This document shows positions 18,463 through 29,264 of a DNA stretch of 36,119 nucleotides, piece by piece (positions within the stretch are counted from its first letter, which is position 1; each line of letters opens with the position of its first letter). Both the position numbers and the translations under genes were made by a program. The notes under the pieces were generated by a model, which saw only the letters and a program-made list of their open reading frames with translations, made no database searches and had not been told where the DNA came from. This DNA comes from Chloroflexota bacterium (GTDB lineage: Bacteria; Chloroflexota; Dehalococcoidia; Lucifugimonadales; JADFKI01): contig JAQBUT010000028.1 in NCBI GenBank assembly GCA_027623195.1, positions 1-36,119 of the forward strand, given 5' to 3'.

Positions 18463-19686
18463 GTGACATTGAACGCCTCCGATGACGAGTTTGATTCCTC
18501 CGAGGATCCTGAGGGTATGGAACAACTCCTCGAGTCTATGGAGCCTCTCAAGCCCCTGAGAAGGGGCGACGTGATCGAGGGTGTTGTCATGCGTGTTGAT
18601 GGCGAGGGCATTATTGTCCATATAGGACATAAGGCCGAGGGCGTAGTGCCAGCGCGAGAAATGCGAACCCTTAGCGCGGACGAGGTCGAAGCTATTAACG
18701 TGGGGGACGAGATTGTCACCTACGTGGTACGGCCTGAGTCAGCTGATGATGCAGCGATACTGTCGGTAGACCGAGCTGTTGGCGAGACAGGTTGGCACGA
18801 TCTAGAGAAGTCAATGGAGGCCAACGAAACCGTCGAAGGACAGGTAATTGGCTTCAATCGCGGCGGCGCCATAGTAGAAGTCCAAAAGATACAGGGATTC
18901 GTTCCCATGTCCCAGTTGGTAAGCGTCTCTCGTGAAGTTTTTAAGGCAATGCAGGCTGAAGAGTCTCCGGAGCCTGAAGCATTGGACGAACAAGAGGCAG
19001 TGGAGCCTTCCGACGAAGCGCCCGCACAAGATAATGTTCCAGCAGTGGATGTAGCGGCAGTAGAGATCGGCAAGGAACTGCAACTCAAGATACTCGAAAT
19101 TAATCGGGGCCGCAATCGTGCCATCTTCTCCGAGCGGCAGGCCGTTCAGGAGTGGCGCGACGAGCAAAAGGCTCGATTAGTCCAGGAGTTGCAGGAAGGC
19201 GAGACCCGCACCGGGAAGGTTACAGGCATAAGTAGCTTTGGAGCCTTCGTAGACTTGGGCGGAGCGGATGGCCTAATACACATCTCAGAAATGTCCTGGG
19301 GGCCGGTTAACTCCCCTGAAGATGTGGTTCAAGTGGGACAAGATGTCGACGTTTTTGTCCTCAGGGTGGATACTGAAAATCGTAAGATAGCCCTGAGCCT
19401 GAGGCGGCTACAGCCGGAGCCTTGGGAGACGATAAACGACCGATACGCAGTAGGCGACCTGGTGGACGCGACCATAACCAAGCTCACGAACTTCGGCGCG
19501 TTTGCTCGTGTTGAAGGAAACATTGAGGGCCTGATTCATATATCAGAGTTAGCTTCGCGAATGATCCAGCACCCTAAGGAAGTTGTGGGAGAAGGGGATG
19601 AGGTTAAGCTCAAGATCTTAAGGATCGAGCCGGAGCGAAGACGGCTGGGGCTTAGTCTAAAGGCGGCGGAAGAGGAACTCCTGTAA
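18463..19686 (+). CDS. rpsA: 30S ribosomal protein S1 (4 S1 domains)
   Basis: Repeated S1 motifs: KAEGVVP, NRGG...GFVP, FGAFVDLGGADGLIHISE, FGAFARVEGNIEGLIHISE. Confidence 0.92.
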   Translation: MTLNASDDEFDSSEDPEGMEQLLESMEPLKPLRRGDVIEGVVMRVDGEGIIVHIGHKAEGVVPAREMRTLSADEVEAINVGDEIVTYVVRPESADDAAILSVDRAVGETGWHDLEKSMEANETVEGQVIGFNRGGAIVEVQKIQGFVPMSQLVSVSREVFKAMQAEESPEPEALDEQEAVEPSDEAPAQDNVPAVDVAAVEIGKELQLKILEINRGRNRAIFSERQAVQEWRDEQKARLVQELQEGETRTGKVTGISSFGAFVDLGGADGLIHISEMSWGPVNSPEDVVQVGQDVDVFVLRVDTENRKIALSLRRLQPEPWETINDRYAVGDLVDATITKLTNFGAFARVEGNIEGLIHISELASRMIQHPKEVVGEGDEVKLKILRIEPERRRLGLSLKAAEEELL

Positions 19687-19732
19687 CCCTGAATATCCGC
19701 TAGCGCGAAACTCCTTCCAGGAGAGTTGAGAT

Positions 19733-22225
19733 ATGGCAAGTAGGTTCGAAAAGTTCTCGGAGAGGGCACGCAGAGTCCTTTCGTTGGCCCAAGAAGAGGC
19801 CCAACGTTTCAATCACAATTACATCGGGACGGAACATATCCTCCTCGGACTCGTTCGAGAGACGGATGGCGTGGCCGCCAGAGTACTGTCCAACCTCGGC
19901 GTAGAACTTCACAAGGTGCGTTCAGCTGTTGAATTCATCATCGGGCGAGGTGAGCGCTCCACCCCTGGAGAGATAGGCCTCACCCCCCGCGCCAAGAAGG
20001 TCATTGAGTTAGCGGTGGATGAGGCACGACGCCTAAACCACCACTACATCGGAACTGAGCATCTCCTCATAGGGCTGATGCGTGAGGGCGAAGGTGTCGC
20101 GGCGGGCGTATTAGAAAGCCTGGGCGTTAACCTGGATAAGGTACGCGGCGAGACCAGTCGCATCCTGACTCAGTCCTCGCAGAGCCCGCAGGGCAGCGGC
20201 AGTGCCGCCAGTGCTCGCATTCAGACACGCACGCCAACACTGGATCAGTTGGGTATAGATCTGACCCAGGCGGCAAGGGCTGGCAAGCTGGACCCCACTG
20301 TGGGCCGCAGCAAAGAAATTCAGCGTGTAACGCAGATTCTCAGCCGGCGCACCAAGAATAACCCTGTCCTTATTGGTGAGCCAGGCGTGGGCAAAACGGC
20401 CATCGTTGAGGCCTTGGCCCAGCAGATCGCCAACAACGATGTCCCTAGCACCCTACAGGGCAAGCGCCTTGTGACGCTGGACATGGGCGCGCTGGTGGCT
20501 GGCACCAAATATCGCGGCGAGTTTGAAGAGCGGCTTAAGAAGGTTGTGGACGAGATCCGCAGCTCCGGGAACTGCGTGCTCTTTATTGATGAGATACACA
20601 CCATGATCGGGGCAGGCGCCGCAGAGGGTGCCGTTGACGCCGCCAATATCCTTAAGCCTTCTTTGGCCAGGGGTGAACTTCAAACCATCGGGGCAACAAC
20701 CCTGGACGACTATCGCAAGTACGTCGAAAGGGACCCGGCGCTTGAAAGGCGCTTCCAGCCTGTCCGTGTGGAAGAGCCTTCTGTGGAAGAGACGGTGGAG
20801 ATTCTTCACGGCATAAAGGGCCGTTACGAAGAGCACCACCAACTGAAGATTACAGACGAGGCCATCAGGGCAGCTGCAAGTATGTCTTCCCGGTTTATCG
20901 CCGACAGGTTCCTGCCCGACAAGGCAATCGACCTGATTGACGAAGCAGCATCCCGAGTGCGCATCAACTTCTCCACAGCTCCGCTGTCTGTCAAGGAATC
21001 CATGAAGATGCTGGACAGTGTGCGCAAGGAGAAGGACGAGGCCATTTCCGGTCGGCAGTACGAGTATGCAGCAGAGCTTCGTAATCGGGAGATGAGTCTT
21101 TCGGAAAAGCTTGAAGTTCTAGAGACTAACTGGGAGTCCGAGCGGGGTGAAGATACCCCGAGCGTAGGTGAAGAAGACATCGCTGAAGTCGTCAGTATGT
21201 GGACGGGAATCCCCGTCACGCGACTGGCGTCAACCGAGACAGAACGCCTCGTAAACATGGAAGAGGTTCTTCATGAGAAGGTTGTGGGCCAAGACGAGTC
21301 CATCAACATTATTTCGAAGGCCGTCCGAAGGGCGAGAGCCGGTCTAAAGAATCCCAAAAGGCCCACGGGCGTGTTTATGTTCCTGGGGCCAACTGGTGTG
21401 GGTAAAACGTACCTGGTTCAGAAGCTAGCCGAATTCATGTTCGGCAGTGATGAATCCATGATACGCATAGACATGTCGGAGTTCATGGAACGACACTCTG
21501 TAGCCAGACTGGTGGGCGCGCCCCCGGGCTACGTCGGGTATGAGGATGGTGGACAGCTAACGGAGGCGGTAAGGCGCAAGTCTTACTCGGTTATCCTCTT
21601 GGACGAAATTGAGAAGGCCCATCCAGAAGTCTTCAATATATTGCTGCAGATCTTCGACGATGGTCACCTGACGGATGCCAAGGGCCGCAAGGTGGACTTC
21701 AGAAACACTATCATCGTTATGACGAGCAACATTGGGTCAGACCTCATAAGGCAGGACCGGGCTATCGGATTCTCTGCCAAGGCCGATGGCGAAAAGGGTT
21801 CCCGCCAGGCCTATGAACGTATGAGGGATAACGTCAACGATGAGGTGAAACGTTTCTTCAGGCCCGAGTTCCTGAACCGGATCGACGGCCAGGTGGTGTT
21901 CCACCCTCTCACGCAAGAGCATATGCTGGATATTGTTAAGCTCATGCTGGTGGACGTGTCATCAAACCTGATTGAGAAGGGCATGGACTTGGAGGTTACC
22001 GAGGCTGCACAGGCTTGGATTGCCGAAAAGGGCTACGACCCGCAGTTCGGCGCAAGGCCTTTGCGGAGGGTGATTCAAGACTACCTGGAAGATAAGTTGT
22101 CGGACGCTATTCTGGGCGGCACCCTGAATCCAAGCGACACCGCCGTCGTAGAGGTTGAGGATGATAACGAGGGACTGAAGGTACATGCCAAGGCTAAGGA
22201 GGCCCTTCCTGTTCCTGTAGCCTAA
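19733..22225 (+). CDS. clpC: ATP-dependent Clp protease ATP-binding subunit ClpC
   Basis: Two Clp-N repeats (YIGTEH), Walker A GEPGVGKT and [11 protein letters not shown]-type middle domain (YEYAAELR), ClpP-docking IGF loop. Confidence 0.95.
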   Translation: MASRFEKFSERARRVLSLAQEEAQRFNHNYIGTEHILLGLVRETDGVAARVLSNLGVELHKVRSAVEFIIGRGERSTPGEIGLTPRAKKVIELAVDEARRLNHHYIGTEHLLIGLMREGEGVAAGVLESLGVNLDKVRGETSRILTQSSQSPQGSGSAASARIQTRTPTLDQLGIDLTQAARAGKLDPTVGRSKEIQRVTQILSRRTKNNPVLIGEPGVGKTAIVEALAQQIANNDVPSTLQGKRLVTLDMGALVAGTKYRGEFEERLKKVVDEIRSSGNCVLFIDEIHTMIGAGAAEGAVDAANILKPSLARGELQTIGATTLDDYRKYVERDPALERRFQPVRVEEPSVEETVEILHGIKGRYEEHHQLKITDEAIRAAASMSSRFIADRFLPDKAIDLIDEAASRVRINFSTAPLSVKESMKMLDSVRKEKDEAISGRQYEYAAELRNREMSLSEKLEVLETNWESERGEDTPSVGEEDIAEVVSMWTGIPVTRLASTETERLVNMEEVLHEKVVGQDESINIISKAVRRARAGLKNPKRPTGVFMFLGPTGVGKTYLVQKLAEFMFGSDESMIRIDMSEFMERHSVARLVGAPPGYVGYEDGGQLTEAVRRKSYSVILLDEIEKAHPEVFNILLQIFDDGHLTDAKGRKVDFRNTIIVMTSNIGSDLIRQDRAIGFSAKADGEKGSRQAYERMRDNVNDEVKRFFRPEFLNRIDGQVVFHPLTQEHMLDIVKLMLVDVSSNLIEKGMDLEVTEAAQAWIAEKGYDPQFGARPLRRVIQDYLEDKLSDAILGGTLNPSDTAVVEVEDDNEGLKVHAKAKEALPVPVA

Positions 22226-22249
22226 AGTCCAAAGCAAATTGCAAAACTT

Positions 22250-22293
22250 ACAAAGGCCTGGATGCGTTTGACGCATCCAGGCCTTTGTTTATT
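22250..22293 (+). terminator. Intrinsic terminator after clpC
   Basis: 18-bp perfect stem ACAAAGGCCTGGATGCGT/ACGCATCCAGGCCTTTGT followed by TTATT. Confidence 0.8.
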
Positions 22294-22442
22294 GGTTTAA
22301 GTAGATGGTTTTGTAAATACTGAGCCTGATTTAATATCAAATATTCGTTCATTGGTACTTTTGTTCTGATATGGGCTTTGCTAAGATGGCACCTGCTTAC
22401 ACAGCGGAATTTTTACCTCGAAATCTGTGGGATAGTAGGGAC

Positions 22443-23831
22443 ATGCCGAAAACTAAAGAAAAAACCATTTTTGTTTGCGATTCGTGCGGTAACGAGACTG
22501 CCAAGTGGGAGGGTAAATGCCCTTCTTGTGGAAACTGGAACACCCTGGGCGAGGTACGGCAAGCCGCGACTAACCTGCGCCGTACATGGATTGCGGGACC
22601 ACAGAGCATGGCGGTTCAACTGGCCGATGTATCGACGGACGATCTCCCGCGAATGGAGACTTCATCAACCGAGTTCAACAGAGTCCTCGGCGGTGGAATA
22701 GTTCGAGGGTCACTGACATTGGTTGCCGGTGACCCGGGTATTGGCAAGTCCACCATCCTGCTCAGTTTGGCCGGGGACGTGGCAAGCTCTGGCAACACGG
22801 TCTTGTATGTCTCAGGTGAGGAATCTGCATCGCAGATAAAGCTCCGAGCGGACAGGTTAGGAGTTGACGGACGAAATCTATATCTGCTGCCGGCGACGGA
22901 CGTAGGGGATGTTCTGTCACAACTGGAATCAAATGTCCCTGGCCTGGCGGTCGTAGATTCAATACAAACGCTTTACGACAGGGACGTATCATCAGAGCCG
23001 GGAAGCGTCACGCAGATACGCGAATGTGCCCGCAAGCTTCTTGACTGGGCTAAGGCCCGCAATGTCCCTGTCATTTTGACAGGGCACGTAACAAAGGGAG
23101 GGGACATAGCCGGTCCAAGGGTCCTGGAGCACATGGTAGATGTAGTGCTCTACATGGAGGGTGACCCCGTAAGCTCATGGCGTCTTCTCCGCAGCGTCAA
23201 AAACCGGTACGGCTCCACCAACGAGGTAGGGGTATTCGAGATGACAGGTGAGGGCCTTGAGGACGTTCTGGATCCCTCGAGAAGTCTGCTGGCAGAACGA
23301 GCCAATGGCGCCATAGGATCAGCCGTAGCGCCTATTCTGGAGGGCAGCCGAACACTACTTGTAGAGATACAGGCGCTGACAAATCCTTCGGTATTGCCAT
23401 CTCCCAGAAGGGTGGCCACCGGAATTGATCACAATAGACTGCAACTGGTCTGCGCTGTGCTTAGTCGGCGGGCGGGCATCTCCCTGGCAAATCAGGACGT
23501 AATCGTGAATGTCACAGGCGGCCTCAAGGTAAGCGAGCCTGCGGCAGACCTGAGTGTGGCGCTGGCCATTGCCTCGAGCTACCGAAACGAGCCGGTCGAT
23601 CCGGGACTGGCTGCTATCGGAGAATTAGGACTGACCGGAGAGGTTAGACGAATACCCCAGTTGGAACGCCGATTGCAGGAAGCGTCCCGTCTGGGATTCC
23701 AGAGATGCCTCCATCCAGGTGATCCAATTACCAAGGGTTCAGGATCAAATAGCCTGCAACCCATATCAGTTTCAAATCTGAGGCAGGCCATAGGGTTAGG
23801 CCTGAAAGCTCCTGTTGACCTGGCCAGGTAG
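22443..23831 (+). CDS. radA: DNA repair protein RadA/Sms
   Basis: C4 zinc finger CDSCG...CPSCG, GDPGIGKST, KNRYG motif, Lon-like C-terminus. Start moved to ATG 22443. Confidence 0.95.
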   Translation: MPKTKEKTIFVCDSCGNETAKWEGKCPSCGNWNTLGEVRQAATNLRRTWIAGPQSMAVQLADVSTDDLPRMETSSTEFNRVLGGGIVRGSLTLVAGDPGIGKSTILLSLAGDVASSGNTVLYVSGEESASQIKLRADRLGVDGRNLYLLPATDVGDVLSQLESNVPGLAVVDSIQTLYDRDVSSEPGSVTQIRECARKLLDWAKARNVPVILTGHVTKGGDIAGPRVLEHMVDVVLYMEGDPVSSWRLLRSVKNRYGSTNEVGVFEMTGEGLEDVLDPSRSLLAERANGAIGSAVAPILEGSRTLLVEIQALTNPSVLPSPRRVATGIDHNRLQLVCAVLSRRAGISLANQDVIVNVTGGLKVSEPAADLSVALAIASSYRNEPVDPGLAAIGELGLTGEVRRIPQLERRLQEASRLGFQRCLHPGDPITKGSGSNSLQPISVSNLRQAIGLGLKAPVDLAR

Positions 23832-23890
23832 CCAGACAATAAGAAATGTCCGACGAGCATAACCCGGTTAAATCGTTTAGGGAGTCCACA

Positions 23891-25084
23891 ATGAGAAGTG
23901 CATACGTACAGTGCGTTGGCGGGGCCAGCGGAGACATGATCCTGGGAGCCCTCATCGACTCTGGAGTATCGCTGGAGGACCTGATTGGCGAACTCGCCAA
24001 GCTGAAGGTCGGCGGGTACAGCCTGGTCCAGCAGAAGGCTCAGCGAGGCGGGCTGGATGGTACTCATCTGAAAGTGGAAATTAGCGAAGGTGGGAACCGC
24101 AAAAGAAATTTTTCGGATTTCATCGCCGTTGTAGAGGCCTCGGACTTGGCTGACAAGGTGATCGAAAGGTCCTGTGCAGTATTCCGCAGGTTGGCAGAGG
24201 CAGAATCAGCCGTACACGGTACTCCCGCTGATGAGACGCACCTACACGAATTAGGCACGGTAGACACTTTGGTAGACGTTGTTGGCAGCGTGATTGGTCT
24301 GGAGATGCTGGGGATCGACCGTCTGTACTGCTCCCCTTTCCCTTCTGGATCGGGTGTTGTGAAGACTGAGCACGGCATTTTGCCTGTGCCTGCCCCCGCA
24401 ACCGCGGCTCTATTCGCCATGGCGCGTGCCCCGGTGGTGCCGCCTCCGGGTAACGCCACGAATACTGGTGAGATGGTAACGCCCACAGGGGCGGCAATTT
24501 TGACCACACTGGCAACGTTCAAGCAGCCAAGCCTTAACGTAGAACGAATTGGTTACGGCTTGGGAACCCGTGAGTCACCATACTATCCCAACGCCCTAAC
24601 CTTATGGCTGGGCGAGGAGACTGGCGCGTTATACAACGCGAGCATGCGTCTGATCGAAACGAATCTAGATGACATGACGGGAGAGATGCTCGGCTACGTG
24701 CAGGAGCGACTTTTCGAATTGGGCGCCAAGGATGTCTGGTTCACGCCCATTCAGATGAAAAAGAACCGGCCTGCGACGATGCTTAGCGCTATCGTCCATA
24801 GCGATCTGGAATCCAACGCCATCAACATGGTGATGAGAGAGACGTCCACCCTGGGTGTTCGGGTTCGGCCCCTTGAGCGCTATGAAGCGGAACGTCAGAA
24901 CGTGGATATAGAGACTGCGTATGGAAAGGTATCGGTCAAGGTGAAGCGGCTGGAGGGTGCCACCGTCAGCGTAGCGCCTGAATACGAAGATGCCAAGCGT
25001 ATCGCCGCAGAGCAAACCCTACCACTACAGGAAGTCTACCGAGCGATCCAACGTGAGGCTGAAGACCAGCTTTTGGAATCATAA
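23891..25084 (+). CDS. larC: Nickel pincer nucleotide cofactor biosynthesis protein LarC
   Basis: GASGDMILGALID, HLHELG, HGILPVPAPAT, TPTGAAIL, ETNLDD, MKKNRP, PEYED. ATG 23891 follows GGAG. Confidence 0.92.
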   Translation: MRSAYVQCVGGASGDMILGALIDSGVSLEDLIGELAKLKVGGYSLVQQKAQRGGLDGTHLKVEISEGGNRKRNFSDFIAVVEASDLADKVIERSCAVFRRLAEAESAVHGTPADETHLHELGTVDTLVDVVGSVIGLEMLGIDRLYCSPFPSGSGVVKTEHGILPVPAPATAALFAMARAPVVPPPGNATNTGEMVTPTGAAILTTLATFKQPSLNVERIGYGLGTRESPYYPNALTLWLGEETGALYNASMRLIETNLDDMTGEMLGYVQERLFELGAKDVWFTPIQMKKNRPATMLSAIVHSDLESNAINMVMRETSTLGVRVRPLERYEAERQNVDIETAYGKVSVKVKRLEGATVSVAPEYEDAKRIAAEQTLPLQEVYRAIQREAEDQLLES

Positions 25085-25194
25085 GAAAGCCCTTGCCGGG
25101 GTCTTAAATATCCGCCTTCAATCAGAAGGAAGCCCTCCCATCGCAAAGGGGAAGACTGCGACTTATTATTGGCCACCAAAGGTCAGGATATCAG

Positions 25195-25223
25195 TTGACC
25201 GAGTATTGGCCATACCTTACAAT
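25195..25223 (+). promoter_or_regulatory. Sigma70-type promoter of the tRNA-tuf operon
   Basis: TTGACC-N17-TACAAT about 105 bp upstream of tRNA-Thr. Confidence 0.6.
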
Positions 25224-25327
25224 AATCAAGTAGCGGGCTAGTGGCCAGATGATGTGGCAGCTAGCCTCCTTTGTGTAAAGGCTGAGCGGATATTGACAGC
25301 CTGTATATATGACCAGATTAAGCTAAT

Positions 25328-25401
25328 GCCCCAGTGGCGCAACAGGTAGCGCAGCCGACTTGTAATCGGCAGGTTAGTGGGTTCGAGTCCCCTCTGGGGC
25401 T
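25328..25401 (+). tRNA. tRNA-Thr (TGT), CCA not encoded
   Basis: Acceptor stem GCCCCAG/CTGGGGC, anticodon arm GCCGA-CTTGTAA-TCGGC, T-loop GTTCGAG. Confidence 0.95.
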
Positions 25402-25557
25402 TACCCTTTCCCTTGAAGAACTTTCAAACTAAAAACACTTTGCGCCTTTGTCACAGGAATACCTTTGTTTAGGTTCACCCCTGTGATAAACTGAATTTTG
25501 GCACTGGTGATAGGCTGCTTCACATGCCTGACATTCACCCACCGATAGGGTTTCCAT

Positions 25558-25644
25558 GGAGGGATGGGAGAGTGGTTAAATCCACCAGACTGTAAATCTG
25601 GCGCCCTTAGGGCTACGTAGGTTCGAATCCTACTCCCTCCACCA
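25558..25644 (+). tRNA. tRNA-Tyr (GTA)
   Basis: GGAGGGA/TCCCTCC acceptor, CCAGA-CTGTAAA-TCTGG anticodon arm, long variable arm, GTTCGAA, terminal ACCA. Confidence 0.96.
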
Positions 25645-25711
25645 AATAAGTCTGTTAGAATTGTAAACGGGTAATCGTTTAGAACATATATCGAAGTAAC
25701 CAAACATTATT

Positions 25712-25787
25712 GCCCTCATAGCTCAGTTGGCAGAGCGCGTTCTTGGTAAGAACGAGGTCAGCAGTTCAAATCTGCTTGAGGGCTCCA
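25712..25787 (+). tRNA. tRNA-Thr (GGT)
   Basis: GCCCTCA/TGAGGGC acceptor, GTTCT-TGGTA-AGAAC anticodon arm, GTTCAAA, terminal TCCA. Confidence 0.96.
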
Positions 25788-25809
25788 TAAATTGGAGGAG
25801 AAGGCAGGA

Positions 25810-27009
25810 ATGGCAAAGCAAAAATTCGAGAGGACTAAGCCACACGTAAACGTTGGCACTATCGGTCACGTGGACCATGGAAAAACAACGTTGACGGCGG
25901 CCATAACTAAGGTTCTCGGTGCGGCGGGTCTGGCGGACTTTAGGGCTTTCGATACCATCGACAATGCGCCTGAAGAGAAGGCTAGGGGCGTAACCATAGC
26001 CATTCAGCACGTTGAGTACCAGACTGTAGGCCGACACTATGCTCACGTGGACTGCCCCGGTCACGCGGACTATATCAAAAACATGATTACAGGTGCCGCT
26101 CAGATGGACGGCGCTATCCTCGTGGTTAGCGCGCCTGACGGCCCTATGCCACAGACTCGGGAGCACATCCTCTTGGCTCGCCAGGTGGAAGTGCCCGCCA
26201 TTGTTGTCGCCTTGAACAAGGTCGACGCCATGGATGACGAGGAGTTGCTGGAACTGGTAGAGATGGAACTTCGCGAGTTGCTCACCTCCTACGGTTTCCC
26301 GGGGGACGACATTCCAATAGTTCGAGTCAGTGCCCTTAGGGCCCTAGAGGCAGATGATCTTTCAAGGGATTCCGAGTGGGGCAAGGGTATCTGGGAGCTT
26401 ATGGACGCTGTAGATAGCTACATTCCAGTTCCCGATCGCCCCAAGGATCTTCCATTCCTTATGCCCATCGAGGACGTGTTCAGCATTAAAGGACGCGGCA
26501 CGGTGGTCACGGGCCGGGTGGAGCAGGGTGTCGTTAAGGTCGGCGACCAGATCGAAATCGTCGGCATGAAGGATACCATCACGACAACCGTTACAGGTGT
26601 CGAGATGTTCCATAAGCTATTGGACTCGGCGGAGCCAGGAGACGCTGTTGGGCTCCTCCTTCGCGGTATCGAGCGCGAGGGTGTTGAGCGCGGTCAGGTC
26701 CTTGCTGCGCCAGGCAGCATTACGCCGCATACGGACTATGATGCGCAGGTTTACGTGCTGGGTAAGGATGAGGGTGGTAGGCATACACCGTTCTTCAACG
26801 GTTACAAGCCTCAGTTCTACATCCGCACCACGGACATAACTGGTGAGATCATTTTGCCGGAAGGCACCGAGATGGTTATGCCCGGTGACAACGTTGAGAT
26901 GAAAGTGAAGCTGATTATGCCTGTCGCTATAGATGAGCAGTTACGCTTCGCAGTGCGTGAGGGCGGACGGACAGTTGGCTCCGGCGTCATCACGAAGGTC
27001 ACGAACTAA
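25810..27009 (+). CDS. tuf: Elongation factor Tu
   Basis: [47 protein letters not shown]. Confidence 0.99.
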   Translation: MAKQKFERTKPHVNVGTIGHVDHGKTTLTAAITKVLGAAGLADFRAFDTIDNAPEEKARGVTIAIQHVEYQTVGRHYAHVDCPGHADYIKNMITGAAQMDGAILVVSAPDGPMPQTREHILLARQVEVPAIVVALNKVDAMDDEELLELVEMELRELLTSYGFPGDDIPIVRVSALRALEADDLSRDSEWGKGIWELMDAVDSYIPVPDRPKDLPFLMPIEDVFSIKGRGTVVTGRVEQGVVKVGDQIEIVGMKDTITTTVTGVEMFHKLLDSAEPGDAVGLLLRGIEREGVERGQVLAAPGSITPHTDYDAQVYVLGKDEGGRHTPFFNGYKPQFYIRTTDITGEIILPEGTEMVMPGDNVEMKVKLIMPVAIDEQLRFAVREGGRTVGSGVITKVTN

Positions 27010-27028
27010 GTCTGAACGAAATTAGTGT

Positions 27029-27061
27029 GAAGGCCGCGAGCAATACTCGCGGCCTTCTTTT
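27029..27061 (+). terminator. Terminator-like hairpin between tuf and rpmG
   Basis: GAAGGCCGCGAG/CTCGCGGCCTTC stem followed by TTTT. Confidence 0.65.
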
Positions 27062-27072
27062 GGAAAGCGATT

Positions 27073-27240
27073 ATGGCACGCAGAGCAGAAAATCGAATAC
27101 TGGTTAACCTGGGTTGCAGCGAATGCCGCGAACGAAGCTACAATTCGTCCAAAAACCGGCGGAACGACCCACAGCGTATCGAGCTAAAGAAGTACTGCCC
27201 TCGATGCAGGGTTCATACTCTGCACAGAGAGGTTCGGTAA
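27073..27240 (+). CDS. rpmG: 50S ribosomal protein L33 (zinc-ribbon type); absent from the ORF track
   Basis: Manual translation [55 protein letters not shown] with two CxxC pairs. Confidence 0.97.
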   Translation: MARRAENRILVNLGCSECRERSYNSSKNRRNDPQRIELKKYCPRCRVHTLHREVR

Positions 27241-27246
27241 CTATTT

Positions 27247-27483
27247 ATGGCCCGCAACCCTAGCGCCCCACGCAGACTAGGAAGCCAGGCGGCAAGACGC
27301 GCCATGGGGTTTCGCGCGTTTGGCGAAATTGTTTCAGAGCTGCGAAGAGTCACCTGGCCTACTCGGCAGGTGACTTTCCGTCTATCTCTTATGGTTATAG
27401 GTGTGGCGACAGCAATCGGCGTGTTTTTGGGTGCCGTTGACTTCGCCTTCTCTCGTATGTTTGTAGTTATCCTGGGCGGTTGA
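27247..27483 (+). CDS. secE: Preprotein translocase subunit SecE
   Basis: ELRRVTWPTR plus a single TM helix; lies between rpmG and nusG. Confidence 0.95.
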   Translation: MARNPSAPRRLGSQAARRAMGFRAFGEIVSELRRVTWPTRQVTFRLSLMVIGVATAIGVFLGAVDFAFSRMFVVILGG

Positions 27484-27486
27484 TTT

Positions 27487-28053
27487 ATGACTGTCAGTAA
27501 AAGCGAAGAAATAAATCCACGATGGTACATCCTGCATGCATATTCAGGGCAAGAGGACCGCGTCAAGAAAAATCTTGAACAGCGGATCTCTACCATGGAT
27601 GTTCAGGATAAAATACTTCGAGTGGTAGTCCCCACCGAAGAAGAGATTGAGATAAAAGACGGGAAGCGTAAGTCTGTCCCGCACCGTGTATTCCCAGGTT
27701 ACATCCTGGTTCAAATGCGCATGGATGACGAGAGCTGGCACGTGGTTCGTAACACCCCGGGCGTTACAGGCTTCGTTTCTGCTGAGGATGAGCGAGATGC
27801 CCGTCCCAAACCCGTCCCTCTTGAAGAAAAAGAGGTCGATGCCATCCTCAACCAGATGGAAACCGACGAACCTCGCGTCAGAGTTGGCTACACCAAGGGG
27901 CAAATGGTTAGAATTACAGACGGACCTTTTGTCGACTTCATGGGCGTAGTAGACGAGGTCAGCATAGAAAAATCCAAAATCAGAGTACTGGTGTCCTTCT
28001 TTGGACGCGAGACTCCTGTTGAATTAGATTTCTTACAGATTGAACGGGCATAG
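27487..28053 (+). CDS. nusG: Transcription termination/antitermination factor NusG
   Basis: WYILHAYSGQE, FPGYILV, VRNTPGVTGF, KOW domain, FGRETPVEL. Confidence 0.98.
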   Translation: MTVSKSEEINPRWYILHAYSGQEDRVKKNLEQRISTMDVQDKILRVVVPTEEEIEIKDGKRKSVPHRVFPGYILVQMRMDDESWHVVRNTPGVTGFVSAEDERDARPKPVPLEEKEVDAILNQMETDEPRVRVGYTKGQMVRITDGPFVDFMGVVDEVSIEKSKIRVLVSFFGRETPVELDFLQIERA

Positions 28054-28070
28054 CCCAGAGGAAGCATTAA

Positions 28071-28493
28071 TTGGCCAAGAAAGTAAAGTCCACAGTCAAG
28101 CTCCAGATCGAAGCTGGAAAGGCCACACCGGCTCCTCCGGTGGGTCCTGCGCTCGGTCAACACGGCGTCAACATTATGGGCTTCGTGAAGGAGTATAACG
28201 AGAAGACTTCTTCTCAGGTCGGAAACATCGTGCCAGTGGTAATCACCGTGTACGAGGACCGATCATTCAGCTTCGTAATCAAGAGCCCGCCTGCTTCGGA
28301 CCTTCTCCGAAAGGCTGCTGGCATATCCAAAGGCAGTAGCAATCCGCGTGCTGACAAGGTTGCCAAGGTTCCCAGGGCTAAGCTCCAAGAGATCGCAGAA
28401 ATGAAAATGGTCGACCTTAATGCTGCCGACATTGAAGGCGCCATTAAGATTATTGAAGGTACGGCCCGCAGCATGGGCATCGAAGTCATATAA
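28071..28493 (+). CDS. rplK: 50S ribosomal protein L11
   Basis: [26 protein letters not shown]. Confidence 0.98.
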   Translation: MAKKVKSTVKLQIEAGKATPAPPVGPALGQHGVNIMGFVKEYNEKTSSQVGNIVPVVITVYEDRSFSFVIKSPPASDLLRKAAGISKGSSNPRADKVAKVPRAKLQEIAEMKMVDLNAADIEGAIKIIEGTARSMGIEVI

Positions 28494-28543
28494 CACAATT
28501 TCAATTAAGGGCCAATACAGTCCCTAATTAAAGGATTAACCGA

Positions 28544-29257
28544 ATGCCAAAATCAGGAAAGCGATATGAGCAGGCCTTGGCTCAGATTGATGTTAACAAA
28601 GAGTACCAGCCCGACGAGGCGGTTGCTCTTGCAAAGAAGGTTTCCTCGGCAAAGTTCGACGAGACCGTAGAGATCCACCTGCGAACCGGTTCAGACCCAC
28701 GGCATGCCGATCAGATGATCCGAGGCGTCGCAATGCTACCTCATGGGATAGGCAAAACAGTTCGCGTCACCGTGTTTACGCAGGGCGAGAGTGAGACTTT
28801 TGCAAAGGAAGCCGGCGCTGATTTTGTTGGCGCAGACGACCTCATTAAAAAAGTTGAGGGTGGGTGGACTGATTTCGATGTCTCCATCGCTACACCGGAC
28901 ATGATGGGTAAAATCGGAGGCCTTGGGCGTATTCTGGGACGAAAGGGCCTCATGCCCAATCCCAGGACTGGCACTGTGGTACAGCCTCAAAATATAGCCC
29001 AGGCTGTTCGCGAGGCCAAACTAGGCCGTGTGGAATACAAGGTCGACAAGTCGTCGATTATCCACGCTCCCATTGGGAAGGTCAGCTTCGACGAATCCCA
29101 ACTTCTTGATAATTTGGGCACGCTAATGGACAATATTGTTCGGTCGCGACCCAGCGGCATAAAGGGCCAGTATATCCGATCGGCGTTTATTACCACGACC
29201 ATGGGCCCAAGCATACAGATGGATATTGCCAGCGCATCAGCACTTAAAGTAGAATAG
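28544..29257 (+). CDS. rplA: 50S ribosomal protein L1
   Basis: AKFDETVE, LPHGIGK, GLMPNPRTGTV, TTMGP. Confidence 0.98.
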   Translation: MPKSGKRYEQALAQIDVNKEYQPDEAVALAKKVSSAKFDETVEIHLRTGSDPRHADQMIRGVAMLPHGIGKTVRVTVFTQGESETFAKEAGADFVGADDLIKKVEGGWTDFDVSIATPDMMGKIGGLGRILGRKGLMPNPRTGTVVQPQNIAQAVREAKLGRVEYKVDKSSIIHAPIGKVSFDESQLLDNLGTLMDNIVRSRPSGIKGQYIRSAFITTTMGPSIQMDIASASALKVE

Positions 29258-29264
29258 GTTAGTC

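Noticed and set aside
22290..22442. LexA (GAAC-N4-GTTC) box upstream of radA; also searched upstream of radC
   Set aside because: No convincing match seen.
25401..25703. 100-aa minus-strand ORF
   Set aside because: Antisense to tRNA-Tyr; spurious.
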